Shown here one piece after another: positions 1 through 6,707 of a stretch of DNA of 25,059 nucleotides. Positions within the stretch are counted from its first letter, which is position 1, and each line of letters starts with the position of its first letter. The notes under the pieces are model-generated. The model searched no databases and was not told the origin of the DNA. It was given only the letters and a program-made list of their open reading frames with translations. Location of the stretch: assembly GCA_036339735.1 (NCBI GenBank), contig JAYZAL010000090.1, positions 1-25,059 of the forward strand. Direction: 5' to 3'. The translations under genes were made by a program, and so were the position numbers. This stretch comes from Candidatus Poribacteria bacterium (lineage in GTDB: Bacteria; Poribacteria; WGA-4E; UBA9662).

Positions 1-383
1 GCAACTTGCTCTTGAACAGGAATAGGACGTTCGATTGTTTCTTTCTCGGTGGCTTGTTTTTTTTCTGGGTGTTCAGGACTGGATAACTCTTTCGCCTGTT
101 CAGTTTGGGGTGGTATTGGGTCAGGAATGATCTCTAAACCGTAAGCCTCATAGATTAATTTACTAATCCGCTCCAGATCCGATTCAGACAAATGCTGATT
201 GCCCGTATCAACAACAATTGACGTGCCAGCCAAAGAATCACCCAAATTACCCATCCGTCTCCTAATAGAAGATTCGATCTCCTCTATAGAGGCGGAGCCA
301 TCAACCATCAGACGGAGTCCGTCGCGAAACCCCTTTAGTTGAACAGCTTGGTCCTCGAAAATCTCTCGAGCTGAATCGTTCAC
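1..383 (-). CDS. minC: Septum site-determining protein MinC, N-terminal part (truncated by window edge; not in the ORF track)
   Basis: Manual translation from GTG at 383 is open to the window edge: MNDSAREIFEDQAVQLKGFRDGLRLMVDGSASIEEIESSIRRRMGNLGDSLAGTSIVVDTGNQHLSESDLERISKLIYEAYGLEII..., followed by a Pro/Glu linker. VQLKGFRDGL and VVDTGNQHL match the MinC N-terminal pattern (V.IKG.KDGL ... V.ID.G...L). The C-terminal beta-helix lies outside the window. Confidence 0.72.
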   Translation of the reverse strand, partial: MNDSAREIFEDQAVQLKGFRDGLRLMVDGSASIEEIESSIRRRMGNLGDSLAGTSIVVDTGNQHLSESDLERISKLIYEAYGLEIIPDPIPPQTEQAKELSSPEHPEKKQATEKETIERPIPVQEQV

Positions 384-433
384 AAAAAACTGCCTTTGTA
401 CTACTCTAGTAGGATGCAAGAAACATTAGGTAA

Positions 434-600
434 ACGGGGTGGGGTTAAACTCGGCGAACGCTTCCTCCGCGAATTCGACTAGCACTCTAGGCTGAAGAAT
501 CAAAAGCGCCTTCAGTTCGCCTGTCAAGCACGCATAATGTATACAGCATGCACGTAACTGTCTAGCAGATTGCCAGATCGTAAACCTAACCCACCTTCGT
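434..600 (-). ncRNA. Candidate structured RNA of ~167 nt (6S-like or unknown class, or a cis leader of minC)
   Basis: On the minus strand the 5' end ACGAAGGUGGGUUAGGUUU pairs with the 3' end GAGUUUAACCCCACCCCGU. Further helices include CGAUCUGGCAAUCU/AGAGUGCUAGUCG and GCAUGC/GCGUGC. G-U pairs favour the minus strand. It begins ~8 nt downstream of a TTGCTT-17-TATAAT promoter and contains no tracked ORF. Confidence 0.5.
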
Positions 601-608
601 GAACGGCC

Positions 609-637
609 ATTATATTCAAGTTGCCCAAATTAAGCAA
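609..637 (-). promoter_or_regulatory. Sigma70-type promoter for the structured RNA/minC
   Basis: Minus strand reads TTGCTT (637-632), a 17-nt spacer, then TATAAT (614-609). Confidence 0.7.
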
Positions 638-697
638 GCACTTTTTCTGGCTGAATATGGCCTCAACACATTTCAGGCACAGTGTTTTTTACCAACT

Positions 698-726
698 TTG
701 ACATTGACTGGGCCATATGCTAGAGT
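698..726 (+). promoter_or_regulatory. Sigma70-type promoter for the pduL operon
   Basis: TTGACA (698-703), 17-nt spacer, TAGAGT (721-726) with an extended -10 TG. Confidence 0.6.
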
Positions 727-771
727 TGAGTAGCCGAATCCCAGCAATAGAATATCGATGTAAAACGAAGA

Positions 772-1515
772 GTGGTAACCAATCGGACAGTGAACAACAG
801 GGCTTTAATCGAAAAAATAACTCAAAACGTAATAAAGCGTCTGCGGTCAACCGCACAGGACAGCACAAAAGATTGTGGCGGTTGCGCGTTTCGGCAATGC
901 AGTCAAGGTGAAAGAGAGTGTGACGAAGCAGGGGCACAGCAAAAGATTCCAGTGGGTGTCTCTGCACGACATGCACATGTAACGCAATCAGACCTGGAAG
1001 TACTCTATGGCTCAGGGCATCAGCTAACAGTCAAAGCAGCCTTGTACCAGCCAGAAGCCTTTGCTGCCGTTGAAACTGTTACAGTCGTGGGGCCTAGGCT
1101 GAAGGCGTTAGAAGGTATCCGAATTCTGGGTCCAGTCAGAAGTTACTCTCAGGTTGAAATAGCCAAAACGGATGCTGTCCGATTAGGTCTTGATCCTCCA
1201 ATCCGAGATTCAGGAGATCTAATGGGTGCTTCGCCTGTTACCTTGATTGGTCCAGCTGGATCGGTATACTTGCCAGAGGGTGCCATTTGTGCTGCACGAC
1301 ACATCCACATGAAGCCAGAACAAGCTGAAGCTTTTGGGGTGACGGAAGACGACAGACTTAAAGTCAGAGTTTCTGGCGAGAGAGCCCTAATACTAGAAAA
1401 TGTTCGCCCTAAAATAGACCCCAGTTACGTCTTGCAGATGCACCTTGACACTGATGACTCCAACGCCGCTGGGTTGAAAGGTGGGGAAGGCCTAGAAATC
1501 CTGTGGGATGAGTGA
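772..1515 (+). CDS. pduL: Phosphate propanoyltransferase/phosphotransacylase PduL (BMC-associated)
   Basis: Hallmark motifs IPVGVSARHAH, RILGPVRSYSQVEIAKTDA, LGLDPPIRDSGDL, ICAARHIHM and MHLDTDDSNAA; two PTAC domains with HxH metal sites. The N-terminal amphipathic helix RALIEKITQNVIKRL resembles an encapsulation peptide. The start could be the GTG at 790. Confidence 0.93.
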   Translation: MVTNRTVNNRALIEKITQNVIKRLRSTAQDSTKDCGGCAFRQCSQGERECDEAGAQQKIPVGVSARHAHVTQSDLEVLYGSGHQLTVKAALYQPEAFAAVETVTVVGPRLKALEGIRILGPVRSYSQVEIAKTDAVRLGLDPPIRDSGDLMGASPVTLIGPAGSVYLPEGAICAARHIHMKPEQAEAFGVTEDDRLKVRVSGERALILENVRPKIDPSYVLQMHLDTDDSNAAGLKGGEGLEILWDE

Positions 1516-2272
1516 AAAGAACCAGTTGCGCAACCGAGTTGAGCTAATCGTTCGAAGGCGGCTAGCTCAAATGAAAGACGATAAAGTAAAGTCGATTCTA
1601 GTTGTTCTAGATAGAGGAATAACCTCTATTGATGACTTCTTAAGTCAAATTGCTAATTTTCAACAGGAAGGCTGTAAGGTTGTGATAGTTGCGTCCTCGT
1701 TAGCTGCTGAAAGCTACGATTTAGATTCGCTTAAATCATCCGATTTGAATGTTTGGACCGAATTTTCCATAAAAGGGGAAGTAATCCAACAGCTTCTCAA
1801 GAATGCCGATGTGATCTTGGTGCCAGTCTTGTCTTTGGCTATCATGGCTAAGTTAGTATTGGGCATTTCTGATACACCGATTAGCTGCTTGCTCGAACAA
1901 GCGTTATTCGAGGGAAAAACTGTTTTAGCTGCAGACGAGGATTACCCCGCAGGGCAGAGTACATACGCCTACTATCTGGGCCAAAAAGCCGCTGAGTATC
2001 GCCGAGCTTTGCAGGAAATTGGGGTGGCTCTTGTTCCTATTAACCAGATTTCTAGCATGATTGCTGGACAAAAGGTGAGCGTGTTTTTCCACCGGCTCGC
2101 TGGCCAAAAAACTGAGCTATTAAGCCGGAATTGGATCCACAAACTGCCTAAAAATATCGAGGTTGTCATCTGCCCTCACTCAACCATAATTACCCCATTA
2201 GCTCGGGAAGAAGCAAAAAAGCGAAATATCAACATTCGATTAACGGAGGCCGAACCATGCGAAGAAACTTGA
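1508..2272 (+). CDS. BMC-associated flavoprotein-family protein (PF02441-like)
   Basis: ADVILVPVLSLAIMAKLVLGISDT...ALFEGKTVLAA is the flavoprotein (HFCD-like) pattern. The N-terminal helix resembles an encapsulation peptide, and the C-terminal IITPLAREEAKKRNINI motif is typical of BMC ancillary proteins. Overlaps the pduL stop by 8 nt. Confidence 0.75.
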   Translation: MSEKNQLRNRVELIVRRRLAQMKDDKVKSILVVLDRGITSIDDFLSQIANFQQEGCKVVIVASSLAAESYDLDSLKSSDLNVWTEFSIKGEVIQQLLKNADVILVPVLSLAIMAKLVLGISDTPISCLLEQALFEGKTVLAADEDYPAGQSTYAYYLGQKAAEYRRALQEIGVALVPINQISSMIAGQKVSVFFHRLAGQKTELLSRNWIHKLPKNIEVVICPHSTIITPLAREEAKKRNINIRLTEAEPCEET

Positions 2273-3678
2273 TCTGTTTACTGTTCTCACTGGCTATTGT
2301 TTCAATAACGGCGGCTGATTACCAATATGACTATTTTTCTGACCGTGTCAGCCGTGAATTTCGAAATGGTTATGATGTGGAAGATTGGATAGAACGAGGT
2401 AATGCAACTGTTACAGCAAGCCCTAGTTTTGAAGATGGTGTTCGCCTAACAGCCTGGGCAGGTGAATATGCTGAAGGAGAGAATTACGAGTTTGCTATCG
2501 CCAGTGCCATCTATCATTTTGAAATTCCACACAATTGCCAGTATATCGAAATTCGGCTCCGTTACCGTGGCGAATCAACTGCCGCCAGCCTAAGCGATTA
2601 TGATGACATAGCTGGCCGAGTCTGGGTTCGAAACACTAAAGAACCTGACCAGCGATATCACAAAGATGATAATGAAGAAACGAGATATGGAGACACTTTT
2701 ATTTTGCGGGCGAAACGACGTGCAGAAACGGTCAAAATTCCAGCGGCGAACCACGTTGAGCGTGGGTTAATGGAGTTACATGTTGTCGTAGATGGTAGTG
2801 GGCAAATTGATGTTGAGTCAATTACAGTATCCGCTTACCGCCATCAGCCGGAGATCCGCATTGTTGAACGTCACATTGATGATTACCGTTGGCAGCCTTG
2901 GCACAGGTATAGTTATCTCTATTTTTACAATGGACCAGTTCACTATACGTATCCTGATCACTATTTAGCGTGGCATTATCCAGTACGACACCATTTCTAC
3001 GTGTCAATGAGACGTTCCTACAATCGGGCAACGCGCTGGTATTACAAGAATCGCCGACCGCCTTACCGGCGTTACGGCGGCCGCCCGGCAAATAGCCTTC
3101 ATATTCATCTTCATGATACATACAGTCCCAAACGAAGTCGTCTAAGTTCTTGGTCTGACGATTACGAAACCACGCGTCAGGCATATCGACAGCCGAGGGG
3201 AGCCGCATCGGTCTTGACTCGAAACACTTTGGAGAACGGCGTTCAAACAGTAATGGAGCGGCACAGAACACAACCGTCTTTGTCACAAAGGCAAATCAAA
3301 GATCGTTTGGTTAAAATGAAACGGAGGCAGTTGGCGGCGCGCCACAAAAACGAAAAAGGTTTTGATCAAATGCGTAGTGTAACTTCCCCGCGAACCGATT
3401 ACTCCGGACAGCAAGATTACGGCTCTTTAAACCTACGGCAGTTTAATTATGGCAGTTCAGGCAGTGGCCAGCGGCAAAGGTCAACATCAGTAAGTCGCTC
3501 CAGTCGTGTACTGGAAAAACACCGTTCGATGAGCTCTCATCAGCGGTCAGCACGACAGCAGATGACTCGTCGATCATCGTCGTCGGTACAATCTTCTGGA
3601 GTAAGCAACTCTAACAGCGATGATGACAAGGAAAAAAGAAATCGTAGTACAAATACGCAAAGAACTCGAAGAAGATAA
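2257..3678 (+). CDS. Hypothetical secreted protein: globular N-domain, Tyr/His/Arg-rich middle, Arg/Ser-rich disordered tail
   Basis: 473-aa ORF; GGAGG RBS at 2245-2249; signal peptide MRRNLICLLFSLAIVSITAA; overlaps the upstream gene by 16 nt. Confidence 0.75.
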   Translation: MRRNLICLLFSLAIVSITAADYQYDYFSDRVSREFRNGYDVEDWIERGNATVTASPSFEDGVRLTAWAGEYAEGENYEFAIASAIYHFEIPHNCQYIEIRLRYRGESTAASLSDYDDIAGRVWVRNTKEPDQRYHKDDNEETRYGDTFILRAKRRAETVKIPAANHVERGLMELHVVVDGSGQIDVESITVSAYRHQPEIRIVERHIDDYRWQPWHRYSYLYFYNGPVHYTYPDHYLAWHYPVRHHFYVSMRRSYNRATRWYYKNRRPPYRRYGGRPANSLHIHLHDTYSPKRSRLSSWSDDYETTRQAYRQPRGAASVLTRNTLENGVQTVMERHRTQPSLSQRQIKDRLVKMKRRQLAARHKNEKGFDQMRSVTSPRTDYSGQQDYGSLNLRQFNYGSSGSGQRQRSTSVSRSSRVLEKHRSMSSHQRSARQQMTRRSSSSVQSSGVSNSNSDDDKEKRNRSTNTQRTRRR

Positions 3679-3705
3679 GTCTTAACTTCAACTAACCCTT
3701 TAAGC

Positions 3706-4266
3706 GTGAAACAAGATAATTTACTCAGCCGCCATTTTTTTATGCACTCTCTGCCTGTACTAGTAGCCTTGACTGTGGTTATGTTCCCTCAACTTTCGAA
3801 CGCCGTCGAAGCAAAAGCACCTCCAACTTTGGAGCTTGTTTCACCAATTGGGGCTGTTGTTCGCTCAGCGGTGCTTCCCGGCTGGGGGCAAATGCATGCC
3901 AGTAGTTATTTTTCAGGTGGTTTCTCTTTAGTTTCAACGATGGGTTTTCTGGCAGCTGGGTTGGTCGCCCATCGTTCCTACCAACAGATTTACAGGGATG
4001 AGTATATGCCAGTTGCTACCTCTAACCCCAAGTCAACTCAAGCTGTGTCGATTTATGGCAAGGTGAATCAGGTTTACAAAGTCAGGCAATTCTTGTTGCT
4101 AGCGGCTGCGGGGGTTTGGGCTTATAGCTTAGTCGACTCTTATGTGGGGTCTAACATCCACAATGCTAAGAGTAAATCTTACCAACTTAATCGGGACGCG
4201 GCTATTATCGAAAAAATGAGCTTTGAGCTCAAACCAAACCGAATTTCACTTGAATTCAAATTTTAG
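3706..4266 (+). CDS. DUF5683-like membrane protein
   Basis: Motif AVVRSAVLPGWGQMH, hydrophobic helices, VWAYSLVDSY motif and a C-terminal ISLEFKF. The start codon is uncertain (GTG 3706 or ATG 3742). Confidence 0.7.
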   Translation: MKQDNLLSRHFFMHSLPVLVALTVVMFPQLSNAVEAKAPPTLELVSPIGAVVRSAVLPGWGQMHASSYFSGGFSLVSTMGFLAAGLVAHRSYQQIYRDEYMPVATSNPKSTQAVSIYGKVNQVYKVRQFLLLAAAGVWAYSLVDSYVGSNIHNAKSKSYQLNRDAAIIEKMSFELKPNRISLEFKF

Positions 4267-4309
4267 CACGCCATTTGGTAGTTAGTGCTAGGAGGTCGGA
4301 AAGTTTTAC

Positions 4310-4888
4310 ATGCAGTGCTTGTTTAAAATAATTTTTAATTCAATGTTTTTGCTTCTTTTGCTAATTGGCTGTGGTGATGCACCTCCGATTGGTGAGCCCC
4401 AACCGGAAGAAATGGCGGCAATATCAGCGGTTTTAAAACGCTGGCGAGTTGGCTATGAAACCGAGGATGTTGAGATGTATATGAGTGCGTTTTGGGCGGA
4501 AGGGTTCCGCTGGGTTTCGGACATGGGCACTGACCAAGATAAAACTGATGATTACGAATTTACCGACATTCGCCAAGAGAGAGAGTCTGCCATCCGAGTT
4601 TTTTCAAGCTACCAAGATTTGGAAATTGAAATCTCGGAGCCCCCAGAGATTACACTAGACGAAGATCGAACCCGAGCTGAAGTCCGAAATCATTATAGGA
4701 TACAGGGTTTTGTTGCCGATGGTGAGTCGCTACAAGGGGGGTATACTGGTTGGTACGCTGAGGGAGACAACATTTTCACATTCGAGTATAGACAAAATCA
4801 GGAAACGCAGAAAAAAGAATGGCGAATCACTGAGTGGATTGACGAAGCTTTTACTAAGGAAGAAATCGAGAGAGCCAACAATCTATAA
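4310..4888 (+). CDS. Lipoprotein with probable NTF2/SnoaL-like fold
   Basis: Lipobox LLIG-C. The helix AISAVLKRWRVGYETEDVEMYMSAF and the terminal WRITEW are typical of NTF2-like domains. GGAGG at 4291-4295. Confidence 0.7.
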   Translation: MQCLFKIIFNSMFLLLLLIGCGDAPPIGEPQPEEMAAISAVLKRWRVGYETEDVEMYMSAFWAEGFRWVSDMGTDQDKTDDYEFTDIRQERESAIRVFSSYQDLEIEISEPPEITLDEDRTRAEVRNHYRIQGFVADGESLQGGYTGWYAEGDNIFTFEYRQNQETQKKEWRITEWIDEAFTKEEIERANNL

Positions 4889-4917
4889 GTTCTACTTCAT
4901 CTGATAAGCCTAATCAA

Positions 4918-6369
4918 ATGATGTCAACTAGCGCCCAATTACGAAATTACCTTGGTGTCATTAAAAAACATGATTTTGTGATTTGTCTCTGCTTAATCGT
5001 GACGGTTGGTTGCAGCCTAATAGTTGGCCTCCGTTTACCCAAGGATTACGTAGCCTCAACCTTGATCTTGCTAATACAACCGGCTTCAGCTAGTAGTGCA
5101 TCCTCAGCAAGTGTGTTTCAAAGTGTTTTGTCTGGAGGGCTTAATCGAGGTGAAATTGACACAATTAAACAACGCTTTTCAGCTGATTCGACTATTAAGT
5201 TCGCTCTTCAAGAATTAGAAGAAACCGGTGCCATGGAACTTGAGCGCGTTCCAGCATTAGGGCAGTTAAAAAAAAACCTGTCGGCTAAAAGCCTGCCAGA
5301 CACAGATTTTATAGAGGTTTCTCTTCGGGTTAGAGAAGACAAAGGTGGAGCCCGACTTGCAGCAGCTTTAACCAATCAGCTAGTCTGGAACTTGCAGGAT
5401 ATGCGTGAGAATGAAGACTTTTCGCGTACCGAACACCGTAGGGCATTCTTGCATGAAAAACTAGCTGATTTGTCCGCTGAAATTCGCGAGCAGGAAGAAA
5501 AAGCCTTTGATTTCGCCCTTGATAGGGGAAGCCCTGTTGTTTGGCAAGCTAAAGTGGCAAACGCTTTGGCAGAGCAAGCTGAGTTAGTAAAAGCTGAGGC
5601 GGAATTCAATCGTATTACATATGCAGCAAAGAACGAGTTGATTAGGCTTAGGAACGAGTTGAAGAATCACTCGGAATTCACGAAAACGTCTGAAACAGCT
5701 AACCTAGACCCGATATGGTCCCAATACAATGAGCGTGTAACTGCGCTCAAAATTGACTTGTCAGGTTTGGAAGCCAAGCTGGGCCAGAATTCCAAAGAAG
5801 TTTTGGCACATCGAGCCCAAATCGAGCGATTAGACAGGGAGCTAGCTCTGTTTGATACTGGTAAACCTCTACAAGTAGCAAATGAAACATGGAGCATATC
5901 TCCGGTTCATGCTAGTTTACAAGAAAAGTTGTTATCTCAGCAGTCAATTTTAGCTACAGCTGAAAGCAGTTTGGCCGTGATTGCTAGACAGCGTTCGGCT
6001 GTTGAAAAACGTGTTGCGAAAATTTTTGAAAAAATTCCAGAAAGTGAATTGACTTATCTGCAGTTGAATCGGAAAATATCGGCTGTTTCTGATTTAAGCA
6101 AAGAAGTCTACAGGCAAAGTTTAGAAGCTGAAGTTTTGATGGCAGAATCTGAGTTCTGGCGGCAGAATAAAACACAAAGAAATATCAAGGGTGGGATAGA
6201 AATTGTCGATTCAGCTGTACCTCGTAAGGTAGTAGTTGCACCACGCTTGAAACTAATAGTGGCGATCGCAGGAGTCATCGGCCTTTCTTTAGGTTTATCT
6301 GTAGCATTAATGAGTGAATATTTGTTTTCGTCTGATGACTTCATCGAAGGTGAAGAAGTACGGTTTTGA
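4918..6369 (+). CDS. Polysaccharide co-polymerase / chain-length determinant (Wzz/GumC-like), no C-terminal kinase domain
   Basis: LRNYLGVIKKH, TM1 and PKDYVASTLIL form the Wzz N-terminus; long periplasmic coiled coil; IEIVDSAVP..P followed by a Gly-rich TM2 (GVIGLSLGLSVAL); short cytoplasmic tail with no Walker A motif. Confidence 0.85.
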   Translation: MMSTSAQLRNYLGVIKKHDFVICLCLIVTVGCSLIVGLRLPKDYVASTLILLIQPASASSASSASVFQSVLSGGLNRGEIDTIKQRFSADSTIKFALQELEETGAMELERVPALGQLKKNLSAKSLPDTDFIEVSLRVREDKGGARLAAALTNQLVWNLQDMRENEDFSRTEHRRAFLHEKLADLSAEIREQEEKAFDFALDRGSPVVWQAKVANALAEQAELVKAEAEFNRITYAAKNELIRLRNELKNHSEFTKTSETANLDPIWSQYNERVTALKIDLSGLEAKLGQNSKEVLAHRAQIERLDRELALFDTGKPLQVANETWSISPVHASLQEKLLSQQSILATAESSLAVIARQRSAVEKRVAKIFEKIPESELTYLQLNRKISAVSDLSKEVYRQSLEAEVLMAESEFWRQNKTQRNIKGGIEIVDSAVPRKVVVAPRLKLIVAIAGVIGLSLGLSVALMSEYLFSSDDFIEGEEVRF

Positions 6370-6385
6370 TGTTTGTAGAAAAATC

Positions 6386-6414
6386 TTGACAGAAAATATA
6401 AATAGTGTTATCTT
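6386..6414 (+). promoter_or_regulatory. Sigma70-type promoter for the 1134-aa gene
   Basis: TTGACA (6386-6391), 17-nt spacer, TATCTT (6409-6414) with an extended -10 TG. Implies a ~285-nt 5' leader. Confidence 0.65.
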
Positions 6415-6707
6415 AGGCGCTGGCTTGGATTTGGGGGGGTAGTCTATCCCCTGTTTCCTTTCGGCATCATTCATATATTTATTCATTCGCCATTCATGTT
6501 TATTAGGCGTTTTATGATACCGTCCACATGAAGACTAGCAAGTCTTTTTCGGCGTGTATTCTTTATCAAGTGAACCAAATAAAGTTTCGTTTAAGCGATT
6601 TAAGTTGGATGTTGTAACGTTGACTTTCGAGTTGGCGTTGACGGCTTATTCTTTGTCTCTTAAAAATAGTAAAATCGTTATGTCCCTCAAGGAGGCGAAC
6701 AAAACTA

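Noticed and set aside
455-480. CGGAGGAAGC on the minus strand, resembling SRP RNA helix 8; GGGG start on the plus strand, resembling tmRNA
   Set aside because: The SRP partner strand (CAGG plus GNRA loop) is missing. The element is too short for tmRNA and has no tag ORF or T-arm/CCA end.
689-976. ORFs 689-976 (-) and 717-911 (+), and the other short antisense or alternative-frame ORFs across the window
   Set aside because: They overlap well-supported genes and show no recognisable motifs, so they are treated as shadow ORFs.
5268-5276. A9 homopolymers in the Wzz-like gene (5268-5276) and the SLBB gene (12743-12751, 15534-15542) as phase-variation sites
   Set aside because: All reading frames are intact, and such runs are expected from Lys codons in AT-rich genes. 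No evidence without read data.
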